From the NCBI GenBank assembly GCA_963806035.1, contig CAWDWO010000023.1, forward strand, positions 32,001 through 96,000: a stretch of DNA of 64,000 nucleotides, read 5' to 3'. Below, one piece after another: positions 1-10,230 of the stretch. This DNA comes from Candidatus Krumholzibacteriota bacterium (GTDB lineage Bacteria > Krumholzibacteriota > Krumholzibacteriia > JAJRXK01). How positions within the stretch are numbered: position 1 is the stretch's first letter; each line of letters starts with the position of its first letter. Under the pieces are notes generated by a model. That model did not search any database. It had not been told where the DNA came from and saw only the letters and a list, made by a program, of their open reading frames with translations. The translations under genes and the position numbers were made by a program.

Positions 1-1
1 C

Positions 2-436
2 GGGCTGCGCATTCGAAACCATCAGCTGCTTTTCGGTGGTCCCGATGACGGTGACGCCATCCATTCTCTCGGATCGATATTTGGTGTCCTGCCGTCCGTT
101 CATCGTCGGGTTCACCACCCCGGAGCCGCGCAAACGCTTCTCCAGCTCGCGCGCCTCCTTGAAATCGATCGGTGGCCGGTTGCGGTACAGGAAGAAGTCG
201 TCCTGGATGACCCAGGGCATGCGCGAGACGTAGAGCACATCCGCTCCCACTGAAGAAAAACTCTCGCGAAAGGTGTTCCGCAGGCCGTTCGCCGCGGTCA
301 TGGTGGTGATGACGGCGACAATCCCGATGATGATTCCCAGAGTGGTGAGCGCACCGCGCGCCTTGTTGGCGCGCAGCGCACCGAAAGCGATGCGGACGGA
401 CTCCTGGAGGTCCAAGGCCAGACGCAAGCCTCTCAC
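2..436 (-). CDS. MacB/FtsX-family ABC transporter permease, 5' part (runs off the window)
   Basis: Manual translation from GTG at 436, overlapping the ATPase stop: [51 protein letters not shown], the typical MacB permease N-terminus. Confidence 0.9.
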   Translation of the reverse strand, partial: MRGLRLALDLQESVRIAFGALRANKARGALTTLGIIIGIVAVITTMTAANGLRNTFRESFSSVGADVLYVSRMPWVIQDDFFLYRNRPPIDFKEARELEKRLRGSGVVNPTMNGRQDTKYRSERMDGVTVIGTTEKQLMVSNAQP

Positions 437-1173
437 GACGCGACGCCTCCGGCCACTGCCTTGCGCCCCTTGGCCTCATCGCTCTCGATGAGACCGTCTT
501 TCAGCCGGATCGATCTTGACGCATAGTCGGCGATGTAATCCTCGTGGGTGACCACGATGATGGTGTGTCCCGCCCCGTGCAGCTCGTCGAAAATCGACAT
601 GATCTCGTCGCCGGTCTTGCTGTCGAGGTTTCCCGTGGGTTCGTCCGCGAGAATGATGGAGGGATTCAGCACGATGGCGCGCGCGATCGCGACGCGCTGG
701 CGCTGGCCTCCGGAGAGTTCATTGGGCTTGTGCTTCATGCGATCGCTCAAGCCCACGCGCGCGATGGCGCTCTCCGCGCGTTCGCGGCGTTCCCGGCTGC
801 GCACTCCGCCGTAGATCAGAGGCAATTCGACGTTGTGAAAGACATTCGCTCTTGGAATCAGATTGAAGGTCTGGAACACGAAACCGATCCGCAGGTTACG
901 AATCTCCGCCAACTCGGACTGAGTCATGTCCGCGACCGTCTGCCCCTCCAGCGTGTAGGTGCCCTTGGAGGGCACGTCGAGGCAGCCGATCACGTTCATC
1001 AGAGTGGACTTACCCGAACCCGAAGGACCCATGATCGCCACGTACTCGTTCTTGCGGACCTGAAGCGAGACGCCGCGCAGGGCGTGAACTTTTTCGGTCC
1101 CCATGACATAGGTTTTCTCGACTCCGTTCAAGGCAAGCGCGATCCCGTTGCCGTTTCCGTTCATCACTTTCAT
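433..1173 (-). CDS. ABC transporter ATP-binding protein (LolD/MacB type)
   Basis: Walker [10 protein letters not shown], signature [14 protein letters not shown], Walker [13 protein letters not shown]. Confidence 0.95.
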   Translation of the reverse strand: MKVMNGNGNGIALALNGVEKTYVMGTEKVHALRGVSLQVRKNEYVAIMGPSGSGKSTLMNVIGCLDVPSKGTYTLEGQTVADMTQSELAEIRNLRIGFVFQTFNLIPRANVFHNVELPLIYGGVRSRERRERAESAIARVGLSDRMKHKPNELSGGQRQRVAIARAIVLNPSIILADEPTGNLDSKTGDEIMSIFDELHGAGHTIIVVTHEDYIADYASRSIRLKDGLIESDEAKGRKAVAGGVAS

Positions 1174-1175
1174 CT

Positions 1176-2459
1176 CTATGCCCCGTCGCTCGCCTTGGAG
1201 TCGTTGTCGATGCGCACCAGGTCGCCGTTGGTCAGGTCCTTGGAAATGGCTCGATAGCTGCCCGTCACTACTTCGTCGCCCTCGTTGAGGCCATCCAGAA
1301 TCTCGATGAACTCGTCGCTCTGGATTCCCGTCTTCACCTGTTTGGCCGTGGCCTTGCCGTCCTCGATACAGAAGACGATCTCCACGAAGCCGTCCTTGTC
1401 AGCCGTGTATTTCTTCTCGGTCTCGTCCCGGCTCTCTCCCGCCGAGCGCAACTGATCGAGGGTGCGTACGGCCACGCTCTGGATGGGCACGCTGAGGGCG
1501 TTGGGGTTGGTCTTGGTGAGGATGTCGGCGGTGGCCGTCATTCCCGGACGCAGGGCTGGATCAGGGTCGACGATGTTGATCTTCACCTCGAACTCGGTCT
1601 TCTGTTCCGTGGTGCCCTCACCGGTGGCGTTCGCACTGCTCGCGATTTCGTAGACGACGCCCTTCAATTTCTGTCCCAAGAGTGCGTCCACCTCGATCTC
1701 CGCTTCCTGTCCAACCTTGACCGACACGATGTCGTTCTCGTCCACGTTGACCCGCGCTTCCATCTCGGTGAGATCGGAAACCACGAGAATCGTGTCGCCC
1801 TGGAACTGCGAGCCGATAGCGATCTCGCCCTCTTCCTTGCGCAGGTCACTGACCGTTCCGTCCATCGGCGAGTAGATCGTCGTCTTCGAGAGGTCGTCCT
1901 TCACCTGTTTGAGGCTGGCCTTGGCCTGCTCCACCTGGTCCTGGGCCGAGGCATAACGCGCGAGTTCGATCTGGTAGGCGGACTTGGCGTCCTCGTACTC
2001 GGACTCCGATTGGAGGTTGCGGTCCATGAGTCCCTGAGCGCGCTCGAGCTCTCGCTTGGTCTTGAGAACGTTCTCGTGCACCAACTTCGAGTTCGCGCCG
2101 GCCGATCGCACCGAGGCTTCGGCGTTCTCCACCGCGGCCAGGTAGCGCTCGCGGTCCAGCTCCACCAGGAGCATGCCCTTCTTGACCGCCTGGCCTTCCT
2201 TGACGTGAATCTTGGTGATCTTGGCGCTGACGTCGGCGCTGATGTTCACTTCGGTCCGGGCGCGGATCTTCCCGTTGGCGCTCACTTTCTGGATGATCTT
2301 CTGCCGTGAGGCCTTGGCGGTCTTCACCGTTTGGGGAGGCTCCTCACCCTTTCGAATGGCCATGAAACCGGCCAGAGAGCCCAGGACGACGACCGCGAGG
2401 CCGATCAGCACGATTTTCTTCTTCAGGATTCTGCCTAGGTTCATCTTCTTACTTCTCAA
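1176..2459 (-). CDS. MacA/HlyD-family periplasmic adaptor subunit
   Basis: N-terminal TM anchor, lipoyl-like halves ([10 protein letters not shown]...[11 protein letters not shown]) around a coiled coil; co-oriented with ATPase and permease; start may be ATG 2444. Confidence 0.92.
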   Translation of the reverse strand: MRSKKMNLGRILKKKIVLIGLAVVVLGSLAGFMAIRKGEEPPQTVKTAKASRQKIIQKVSANGKIRARTEVNISADVSAKITKIHVKEGQAVKKGMLLVELDRERYLAAVENAEASVRSAGANSKLVHENVLKTKRELERAQGLMDRNLQSESEYEDAKSAYQIELARYASAQDQVEQAKASLKQVKDDLSKTTIYSPMDGTVSDLRKEEGEIAIGSQFQGDTILVVSDLTEMEARVNVDENDIVSVKVGQEAEIEVDALLGQKLKGVVYEIASSANATGEGTTEQKTEFEVKINIVDPDPALRPGMTATADILTKTNPNALSVPIQSVAVRTLDQLRSAGESRDETEKKYTADKDGFVEIVFCIEDGKATAKQVKTGIQSDEFIEILDGLNEGDEVVTGSYRAISKDLTNGDLVRIDNDSKASDGA

Positions 2460-2774
2460 TCCTTTACGAGGGCCATGCTGAGGATCTTTCCTGACGAATA
2501 TTTCCTACGAGAAAGGGGCCCAGAAAGTTGTCGCGAACTCGGGTCCGCGTCCGGGTACCAGCGCCCGGGCGCCCCACGCTTGGCAGCGGGAAAGGGGGGC
2601 AAAAAGCGGAGAACTTGATCCGGATCGAGGAAACTTGCGGGAACCGGGCGCCCGGAATTCGGTGCAGCTGTGGTCCTGAGCGGCTTGATCCAAGCGCGAG
2701 AATCGTCTTACCATCCGCTCTCGTCCGTCGGCTCTGAGTTTTGTGACTCCCTGCTCTTTGACCCAGGTGACCGA

Positions 2775-4226
2775 GTGTCCTCAACACGGCAGCGAATCCT
2801 CAGGGCCTGCTTCCTCGTCCTGTTGAGTGCGTACCTCGCTCTGGCAGCATTTCAGCTCTTGGCGCAGATCGGGCTCTTTCCCCGTTACGGGGACACCAAG
2901 GAGTACCTGGTGCTGGCCACCACTTTGAAGGTGGATGGCTACCGCGGAATTCTGTACCCCGCGTTCCTCGCGGGAATCGACAAGCTCGTGGGTCACAGCC
3001 TGCTGGCCGGCTATGAGCACAACACTCTGCACCTCGGTTTGCCCGCGCCGCCGCCGTCGGCGATCTGGATCCAGATCACTCAGCTGTTTCTCTTCGGACT
3101 GGCTCTCGTCTACGCCTTGCAGGCCGCTCTCCCCTCCACGCGGAGGCGGCGGCCGTTCCAAGTCCTATGGGCAATCCTCTTCTTCGACCCTGTCCTTCTG
3201 CATCTCAATCTGTCCATTCTCAGCGATGGACTTTGCCTGAGTTGCCTCTTGCTCTTCGCGGGCGGACTCGCATCTCTTGTGCGCCGCCGCGACAGGCCAT
3301 GGTTCCACTGGTGCATGATCTTCGTGGGAGGCCTTGGCAGCAGCCTCTTACGTGTGGAGAAGATCTACGTCGTTGTCCTCGTCCTGATTCTCTTCATCGC
3401 GCTCGCTCTTTGGTTTCGCCGAAAATCTAGCACTGTTCTCACGCGACGCTCCGCGTTCGGTCTGGGCGCGGTGGCCCTTCTCCTCGCCCTGAGCACGCAG
3501 TGGATCGAGAGCGCCACGAGCATTTCGAATTGGCGCTGGCCCACGACCGTGCGCTGGCCCCGCGAAATCAGTTGGCTGCACGAACGCATCATTCGCCCCA
3601 ACCTGCATGCGATCAGGGACGATCTGCCCTCCGATCTGCAGGAACGATTGACTCCCTCTCAGATTGAACAGTACGACAGCTCGGTCCAGGGAGCGCGCTC
3701 CGTCATGTACCATCTCTGCCGCACTGGCTCGCCCCGTCTCGAGGAGGTCACGCACGAAATGGCGGACGCCGTACTCCACGATCATCCCCTGCTCCTGGCC
3801 GAGAATGTCCTGCACGATGCGCTGGGACATCTCTTCATCACGCCGAGTTTCTATCTCGACCTCGCGCGCTCAGGCGCCGACCCTACCCGCTTCGATCACG
3901 CGGAAAAAGAAAACGGAAATCTCTGGACCTACCTGCGAATCGCGGGCAAGCACCCGCAACGCGCGAAGCTCCTGCTTCTCCTGGCGGGAGTGGCCAGCAT
4001 GGTGGCCACGGTTCTGACTCTCACGAGGGGCGTCGCCGCCTGGCGAAGCGGAGCGCGACCCGATGCGAAGTTCCTTTTGGCCCTCACCCCCTTTCTGCTC
4101 CTATGGATCGTGAACGCCATGGCCTTCACCGCGGCCGGGCAGGTCATCCACATCCGCTACGGACTGATCGCGCACGCCACTGCACTGGGGATGGTTTGGT
4201 ATCCCGCCCTGGCTTCTCTGCTCTGA
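2775..4226 (+). CDS. Polytopic membrane protein, possibly GT-C fold glycosyltransferase-like
   Basis: Many hydrophobic segments; first-loop motif GDTKEY...YRGILYPAFL and SILSDGL resemble GT-C proteins; start uncertain (ORF open from 2670). Confidence 0.6.
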   Translation: MSSTRQRILRACFLVLLSAYLALAAFQLLAQIGLFPRYGDTKEYLVLATTLKVDGYRGILYPAFLAGIDKLVGHSLLAGYEHNTLHLGLPAPPPSAIWIQITQLFLFGLALVYALQAALPSTRRRRPFQVLWAILFFDPVLLHLNLSILSDGLCLSCLLLFAGGLASLVRRRDRPWFHWCMIFVGGLGSSLLRVEKIYVVVLVLILFIALALWFRRKSSTVLTRRSAFGLGAVALLLALSTQWIESATSISNWRWPTTVRWPREISWLHERIIRPNLHAIRDDLPSDLQERLTPSQIEQYDSSVQGARSVMYHLCRTGSPRLEEVTHEMADAVLHDHPLLLAENVLHDALGHLFITPSFYLDLARSGADPTRFDHAEKENGNLWTYLRIAGKHPQRAKLLLLLAGVASMVATVLTLTRGVAAWRSGARPDAKFLLALTPFLLLWIVNAMAFTAAGQVIHIRYGLIAHATALGMVWYPALASLL

Positions 4227-4296
4227 AGCATCGAGGAGCCGGCGGGCGCAGCGGTGCCCGGGCCAGCGGCAAGGGCCTATCGCACGGCCCCCGGCA

Positions 4297-4326
4297 TTGA
4301 CTTTCCTCGTCTCACTGTGCTAACTT
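4297..4326 (+). promoter_or_regulatory. Putative sigma70 promoter for 4462 gene
   Basis: TTGACT-18 nt-TAACTT with TG extended -10. Confidence 0.5.
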
Positions 4327-4461
4327 TTAACCACTGCAGTGGTCCCCCACGCGCAGATTGGCCCCCTTAGACAATTCGCCCAGAGGACAGGCTCCCGCCT
4401 CATCGTTGCGCACCGAGGTGACCCACCGCGGTGTGTCTACGCCTACTAAGAGGAGCAAAAC

Positions 4462-5067
4462 ATGAAAACCTTCAAGCTACAGACGGCGCTCGCCGCATTG
4501 CCGATCGTCCTTCTTCTTCCCGGTTTGGCACTCGCGGCAACGCCCGATGCGGGTCAGTCAACCGTGGATCCCTGTCTCGTCACCTGTCCCGCGGGGGATA
4601 CCGATTTTCTGGTCGTGGTTCGTGACGCAGGGGGTGCGGTCATCGCGGGATCGGTCGTCGAGGTCGACTTCTGCAATTGTGCCGGTCCTCAGCTGTGTTC
4701 GCCTGGAGGGTCCGGAAGCTGTCCGGATGGCACCAAGGACATTGCGATTCTCGCCACCAACTCGGCCGGGGAAGCGCTCTTCCATCTGGCGGAGGGGGGC
4801 GATGGCAACGGAGGTCTCGTCGACATTCGTGCCGACGGCGTTCTGCTGGCACAGCGCACGATCAAACCAATGGATACCAACGGCGACTTCGTCGCCGATA
4901 CGAGTGATTTCAGTTATTCGAATCTCTCCAACGACTACAACTGCGACGGCGCAGTGAACTTCAGCGATTTCGCCATCTTTGGAAACCACGGGTCGTTTTC
5001 CCACTCCTGCACGGGACCGGTGGACACCGCGCCGCGCACTTGGGGGAGCGTGAAGGCGCTGTGGTAA
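4462..5067 (+). CDS. Secreted Cys-rich protein with Ig-like region, dockerin/EF-hand-like Ca-binding repeats and C-terminal TWGSVKALW tail
   Basis: AGGAG RBS; signal peptide ending ALA-A; DTNGDFVADTSDF and DYNCDGAVNFSDF. Confidence 0.8.
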   Translation: MKTFKLQTALAALPIVLLLPGLALAATPDAGQSTVDPCLVTCPAGDTDFLVVVRDAGGAVIAGSVVEVDFCNCAGPQLCSPGGSGSCPDGTKDIAILATNSAGEALFHLAEGGDGNGGLVDIRADGVLLAQRTIKPMDTNGDFVADTSDFSYSNLSNDYNCDGAVNFSDFAIFGNHGSFSHSCTGPVDTAPRTWGSVKALW

Positions 5068-5114
5068 TCGCTGAGAGTTGAACGGTCGGGAATCTTGATT
5101 TTCTTCATGAACAG

Positions 5115-5140
5115 GCCCCTGTCGCAGCCGCGGCAGGGGC
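5115..5140 (+). terminator. GC-rich hairpin downstream of 4462 gene
   Basis: GCCCCTGTCGC-AGCC-GCGGCAGGGGC; no clear U tract. Confidence 0.45.
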
Positions 5141-5175
5141 TAGTACGCATATAGTCCATCTTCCTGCCGCATAAC

Positions 5176-5205
5176 TAGACAAAAAGATCTAATTTCTTCT
5201 ATACT
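5176..5205 (+). promoter_or_regulatory. Putative sigma70 promoter for 5330 gene
   Basis: TAGACA-18 nt-TATACT in an AT-rich patch. Confidence 0.55.
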
Positions 5206-5329
5206 GAGCCCGGTTCGGCGAGTCTCATCGTTCGGCTCCACGATGAGGCCACTGAAACGCATGTCTCGCGAGTACGGACCCTCATCGAATCCGTCGAGCA
5301 TGTGTCGCAACCCGCGAAAGGAGCTGTTC

Positions 5330-6025
5330 ATGAAGCGACTGGTCCCGTTGGTCTTCTTACTCTTCCTCCCCGCGCTGGCTCTGGCCGGAGCGCCAGTAGT
5401 CGGCACCTACACCACCGCCGACTTGGGAGGCCAAGTGCTCCCGGGTCATTTCAGCGAATCCTGGCCGGCACCCGCCTACCATGAGGGCGCGGTCGGCAAC
5501 ACCATCAACACGCAATCCTGGGACGGAAGCAGTCTGGGAACGCAATGGACCCTGATCTGTCCGTCGATCATGGCCACACCGACTCTCACCGAGGATACCC
5601 GCATCGCGGGCACCGGCTACGTCAAGTACGAGACGCACTATCAGAACGGTGCGTTCTGGTTCGCGGCCGCTGGTCCCTGGGGTGACGAGAACTACACCGC
5701 GCAAGTCGATCAGATGACCGTGACCTCCACGCATCTCTACGTGGGCGGAGTGTTGCAGTCGGTCGTCAGTGATATCACCGTCTTTGGAGCCTTCGACGGC
5801 TATATCAACTGCATGACCTACACCATCAGCAACGCGGCCATCGTCGGCACGACCCAACTCATGGCTTTGCCCACCGACTACCCGCCCTTCATCGACGACA
5901 CCTGTGCAAATGGTCCCAATACGGGGGCCTGGGGTGATGTGGTGCAGGCTACGATCGTGATCTATCCCAGCTGCGAGGTCGGCTCCGAGGAGACATCTTG
6001 GGGTTCCCTCAAGGCGCGCTACTAG
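5330..6025 (+). CDS. Secreted hypothetical protein with C-terminal SWGSLKARY tail
   Basis: AAGGAG RBS before ATG 5330; signal peptide MKRLVPLVFLLFLPALALAG; beta-rich Thr/Gly body. Confidence 0.8.
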   Translation: MKRLVPLVFLLFLPALALAGAPVVGTYTTADLGGQVLPGHFSESWPAPAYHEGAVGNTINTQSWDGSSLGTQWTLICPSIMATPTLTEDTRIAGTGYVKYETHYQNGAFWFAAAGPWGDENYTAQVDQMTVTSTHLYVGGVLQSVVSDITVFGAFDGYINCMTYTISNAAIVGTTQLMALPTDYPPFIDDTCANGPNTGAWGDVVQATIVIYPSCEVGSEETSWGSLKARY

Positions 6026-6033
6026 AGCGGCCC

Positions 6034-6052
6034 CTCGAGCTTCGAGCTCGAG
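6034..6052 (+). terminator. Hairpin just after the 5330 gene stop
   Basis: CTCGAGC-TTCGA-GCTCGAG perfect 7-bp stem. Confidence 0.35.
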
Positions 6053-6217
6053 CCGAGAGTAGATCACCTGGTTTGAAAAACTGAAGATCGATGAGCCCGG
6101 TCGCTGGTAGCGGCCGGGCGTTCGTCCGCTCATTGGCGGGGACAAAAGCTAGATTTGAAGTGTATATCTTGCTGGCTCTCGTGTGAGAGGTGTGACTGAC
6201 GCTGAAAGGAAGACGCG

Positions 6218-8719
6218 TTGGCAAACCGGAAGACACCGAAGAGTGCAGGGGAAGAGGCCACTGCGGCTGAACTGCCCGAGGATGCTCCTCTCGAAACGGT
6301 TTTCTCGAATCTGAAGGCCGATGCGAAGGGCTTGGGCAGTGATGAAGCAAAGCAACGCTTCTCGCACTACGGCCCCAACGAACTCGCCGAAAAAAAGCGG
6401 AATGCACTCCTCCAGCTCCTTCGATATTTCTGGGGACCCATTCCCTGGATGATCGAGATTGCTGCCATCCTCTCGGCGGTTGTCGGCCATTGGGCCGATC
6501 TGGCGATCATTCTCGCCCTCCTGCTGGTGAATGCCCTCGTGGGATTCTGGGAGGAGTTCCAGGCGGGAAACACGCTGGACGCCCTCAAGGCGAAGCTCGC
6601 TCTCGAGGCCCAGGCCCTGCGCGATGGGGACTGGAGGATGATCCCGGCCCGCGAGCTGGTTCCGGGTGACGTGGTGCGACTCCGCCTGGGCAACGTCGTG
6701 CCCGCCGACGTCCGCGTGCTGGACGAGGGTGAGGTTGAGGTCGACCAGTCCAGCCTCACCGGAGAGTCCCTTCCGGTGTCCCGCTCCACAGGCAATCCGC
6801 TGTACGCGGGATCCGTGATCCGTAGAGGAGAAACCAAGGCCATCGTCTCGGCCACAGGCCCCGCGACTTTCTTCGGTCACACGGCCCAGCTCGTCGAGTC
6901 TTCCGGGGTGGAAAGTCACTTCCAGCGTGCTGTGCTGAAAATCGGCGACTACCTGATTGCGCTCGCAGTAGCTCTGGTCGCGATCATCCTGGGCGTCGCG
7001 TTGTTCCGGGGCGACCCGATGCTCACGACGCTGCAGTTCGCCCTGGTTTTGACGGTGGCCGCCATCCCCGTCGCCATGCCGGCCGTGCTCTCGGTGACCA
7101 TGGCGGTAGGGGCCCGGCTGCTCACGGCCAAAAAGGCCATCGTGACCCGACTCGCCGCCATCGAGGAGCTCGCAGGGGTCGACGTACTCTGTTCGGACAA
7201 GACGGGCACGCTCACCCAGAACCACTTGACTCTGGGTGAACCCTTTATCATGGAGGGCTCCACCGCCGAAGAGGTACTGGAGGCTGCGGCATACGCCTCG
7301 CGGACCGAAGACCACGACCCGATCGACGACGCCGTGCTCGGCGCCACCCCGGAGTCCCTCCCCCGCTCCCAAGTGAAGCGGATCGCCTATTACCCGTTCA
7401 ACCCCACCGAGAAGCGCACCGAGGCCACGCTCCAGGGGGAGAACGGGAAAACCTGGAAAGTCACCAAAGGAGCACCACAGGTCGTGCTCGATCTCGTCGC
7501 CGATCCGAAAATCCAGGTGGTCGTGGATGACGCGATCGAGGACTTCGCCTCGCGCGGCCTCCGCGCACTCGGCGTGGCGCGAACGGATGACAATGGTGTG
7601 TGGCGTCTTCTTGGAATCCTTCCGCTACTCGATCCCCCCCGCGAGGATTCCGCCGCTACCGTGAAACGTCTTCAAGAGGCGGGCGTGAGGGTCAAGATGG
7701 TCACAGGAGACCAGCTCCCCATCGCGCGCGAGATCGCACGGCGCATAGGACTGGGAACGAATCTGCTCGATGCTTCGCTCTTTACGGGTAAGCATTCGCG
7801 CGGCGCCATCCGTGACGAGAGAGCGATCGAAGAGGCCGACGGCTTTGCGCAGGTCTTCCCCGAACACAAGCATCACGTGGTGCATGTCCTACAGAAGGAA
7901 GGGCACATCGTGGGCATGACCGGCGACGGGGTCAACGACGCCCCGGCTTGCGGGCAGGCCGACGTGGGGATCGCTGTCTCCGGGGCGACGGATGTGGCTC
8001 GTTCGGCAGCCGATCTCGTACTGCTCGAGCCAGGATTGTCCGTCATTGCCGACGCGGTTGCGGAAAGCCGTCGCATCTTCCAGCGCATGCGCAGCTACGC
8101 GATCTATCGCATCACCGAGACGATTCGAGTGCTGTTCTTCATGACCCTCTCGATCATCGTCTTCAATTTCTATCCAGTGACCGCAATCATGATCGTGCTG
8201 CTCGCTCTACTCAACGATGGAGCCATTCTGTCGATAGCCTACGATCGGGCCACTGGATCGAGCCACCCCGACGCATGGCGCATGCCCACGGTGCTTGGGG
8301 TCGCGACCGTTTTGGGCCTACTGGGCGTCTTCGAGTCATTCGGCTTGTTCTACCTGTGTGAACGCGTGCTGCATTTGGATTTGGACGTCATCCGAACCTT
8401 GATTTATCTGAAACTATCCGTGTCGGGGCATCTGACGATCTTCGTCACGCGGACGCGCGGCCCGTTCTGGTCGTCGCGCCCCTCGGGCATCCTTTTGTCA
8501 GCAGTGCTGTGTACGCAGGGCTTGGCGACACTGATCACCGTGTATGGTATCTTCATGACGCCGATCGGCTGGACTCTGGCCCTGGGAGTCTGGGGCTATT
8601 CGTTGTTCTGGTTCTTCATGGAGGATCGTCTGAAGCCCGTTGCGTTCCGCATTTTCGATCATCAGCAAATCGGTATGCTGAGCCAATACCACGCCAACAA
8701 GAAGCGAGTGTCGCGATAG
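6218..8719 (+). CDS. Plasma-membrane proton-efflux P-type ATPase (P3A)
   Basis: FWGPIPWMIE, TGESLP, AIPVAMP, DKTGTLT phosphorylation site, KGAP, MTGDGVNDAP, LLNDGAILSIAYD. Confidence 0.93.
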   Translation: MANRKTPKSAGEEATAAELPEDAPLETVFSNLKADAKGLGSDEAKQRFSHYGPNELAEKKRNALLQLLRYFWGPIPWMIEIAAILSAVVGHWADLAIILALLLVNALVGFWEEFQAGNTLDALKAKLALEAQALRDGDWRMIPARELVPGDVVRLRLGNVVPADVRVLDEGEVEVDQSSLTGESLPVSRSTGNPLYAGSVIRRGETKAIVSATGPATFFGHTAQLVESSGVESHFQRAVLKIGDYLIALAVALVAIILGVALFRGDPMLTTLQFALVLTVAAIPVAMPAVLSVTMAVGARLLTAKKAIVTRLAAIEELAGVDVLCSDKTGTLTQNHLTLGEPFIMEGSTAEEVLEAAAYASRTEDHDPIDDAVLGATPESLPRSQVKRIAYYPFNPTEKRTEATLQGENGKTWKVTKGAPQVVLDLVADPKIQVVVDDAIEDFASRGLRALGVARTDDNGVWRLLGILPLLDPPREDSAATVKRLQEAGVRVKMVTGDQLPIAREIARRIGLGTNLLDASLFTGKHSRGAIRDERAIEEADGFAQVFPEHKHHVVHVLQKEGHIVGMTGDGVNDAPACGQADVGIAVSGATDVARSAADLVLLEPGLSVIADAVAESRRIFQRMRSYAIYRITETIRVLFFMTLSIIVFNFYPVTAIMIVLLALLNDGAILSIAYDRATGSSHPDAWRMPTVLGVATVLGLLGVFESFGLFYLCERVLHLDLDVIRTLIYLKLSVSGHLTIFVTRTRGPFWSSRPSGILLSAVLCTQGLATLITVYGIFMTPIGWTLALGVWGYSLFWFFMEDRLKPVAFRIFDHQQIGMLSQYHANKKRVSR

Positions 8720-8748
8720 CAGGAGCTGGTTCTGAAGAGGAGAGGGCA

Positions 8749-9267
8749 ATGAAGAAAGATGAAATCAACAAACCACCAGAGAATGTACCAGATGTCGCAC
8801 TTCTCCTGGAGCAATTGGGGGCCTACGACGTAGCGGTGAGACAGAATGCTCGCAAGACCCTTCAGAGTCTGGGCGAATCGGTCCTGCCTCAGATGGTGGA
8901 AATGTTGCCCAAAGCGGATTTCGTCCTGCGCTGGGAGATCATCAAAGCCCTCAGCGAAATGCGCCTGGTCGCCGCCGTACCCACGCTCATCGAGGCAATG
9001 GAGGACGACGAACCTGATGTGCGCTGGGTAGCCGCCGAGGGCCTCGCCCACCTCGGCCGAGATGGCCTGCGGCCCCTGCTTCGGGCGATCATCAGCAACC
9101 CCGATTCGATCTATCTCCACCGGGGCGCACACCATGTCCTGACGAAGTACAAGCAGAAGGATCTGCACGAAGCCCTCGCACGACTGCGTGACGCCCTCTC
9201 TCCCCTGGCAGTGGAGGAGGACGCGGTGGTGTTGGCCGAGGAAGCACTCAAGACACTGGAGAAATGA
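8749..9267 (+). CDS. HEAT/PBS-lyase repeat protein
   Basis: GAGGAG RBS; repeats VRQNARKTL, LRWEIIKAL, AVPTLIEAMEDDEPDVRWVAAEGL. Confidence 0.85.
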   Translation: MKKDEINKPPENVPDVALLLEQLGAYDVAVRQNARKTLQSLGESVLPQMVEMLPKADFVLRWEIIKALSEMRLVAAVPTLIEAMEDDEPDVRWVAAEGLAHLGRDGLRPLLRAIISNPDSIYLHRGAHHVLTKYKQKDLHEALARLRDALSPLAVEEDAVVLAEEALKTLEK

Positions 9268-9415
9268 CCGGCGCACGTTCCGATCAGAGGCCCAGAGTCA
9301 CTGCGGCGCGTAGCTAGGATCTCGTCGTCGCAGAGGGCGATGCGAGCCAGGACCGCTGCAAGCAGCTGTTTCCTTCCTCTCCCCGGATGGCAATCCGTAT
9401 CTCGCTGTGCAGCCA

Positions 9416-9919
9416 CTAATAGCTCGCCTTGAGTGTTCCCCAGCTAGCATCGGTGACGGGAACGGGAAGACACGGTTCGGGGGTTGGGGACACGAGATTG
9501 CCCCAGAATTCATCCAGCGTGCAGGTATCAGGCAAGCCACAGAGGATCGAGTAGGTGGTATTCGTCTCGATGGTGCCATGAATGGAAGTGCCGGTGATCG
9601 TCGCATACATTTCCGTATCGACCGTCCAGAGGCAGTCGAAGTAGGCCAGAGGCTCCGTACAAACTACATGGACGGTGACATCGCTGAGCGCCCCGCCGGA
9701 ACAGTCCCCTCCTAGCTCGAGGATGGGAGTTCCCGCGCAGATCGTGTCACGCTCACTCCAGTGCTCGAGTATGGCTCCGCCATCACAGATTTTTTTCGAA
9801 TGGTCGAAATCCCAGATCCCCTGCCAGTTCGAAGGCCACACGGGGTCCTGGGCCCTCGAGGGCACTGGCCACAGGAATGAAAGGGAGAGTAGCAAAATCA
9901 ATGATTTCAGTGTCTTCAT
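9416..9919 (-). CDS. Secreted Cys-rich hypothetical protein with C-terminal SWGTLKASY tail
   Basis: GAGGAGG RBS; signal peptide ending SRA-Q; 8 Cys. Confidence 0.78.
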   Translation of the reverse strand: MKTLKSLILLLSLSFLWPVPSRAQDPVWPSNWQGIWDFDHSKKICDGGAILEHWSERDTICAGTPILELGGDCSGGALSDVTVHVVCTEPLAYFDCLWTVDTEMYATITGTSIHGTIETNTTYSILCGLPDTCTLDEFWGNLVSPTPEPCLPVPVTDASWGTLKASY

Positions 9920-10011
9920 TGGGCCTCCTCAGCATGGGACTGGGAGCACCTCCATTGAACACCACTTCCATCATCTTGGTCAAGCACCCCACTGAAGCTC
10001 ATTTTCGTGAT

Positions 10012-10087
10012 TGGTGGGCCCCCTGGGACTCGAACCCAGCACCTACGGATTAAAAGTCCGTTGCTCTACCTGATGAGCTAGAGGCCC
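10012..10087 (-). tRNA. tRNA-Lys(TTT)
   Basis: Reverse complement GGGCCTCTAGCTCATCAGGTAGAGCAACGGACTTTTAATCCGTAGGTGCTGGGTTCGAGTCCCAGGGGGCCCACCA; cloverleaf with encoded CCA. Confidence 0.97.
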
Positions 10088-10230
10088 ACCTGTGACAGCC
10101 TCGCGAGCGCGAGACCGCAGGAGGAGTGCCGTCGCCTGTGGGGCGGCGGCGGACCGGTAGTGTAGCCAGGAAGGCCCGGGCAAGCAACCGCGGGAAGCTA
10201 TGGAGTGGAAATCGAAAGCGCAGCGCGCGC

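Noticed and set aside
10012..10087. Prophage or integrative element at tRNA-Lys
   Set aside because: No integrase, phage genes or att duplication seen in the window
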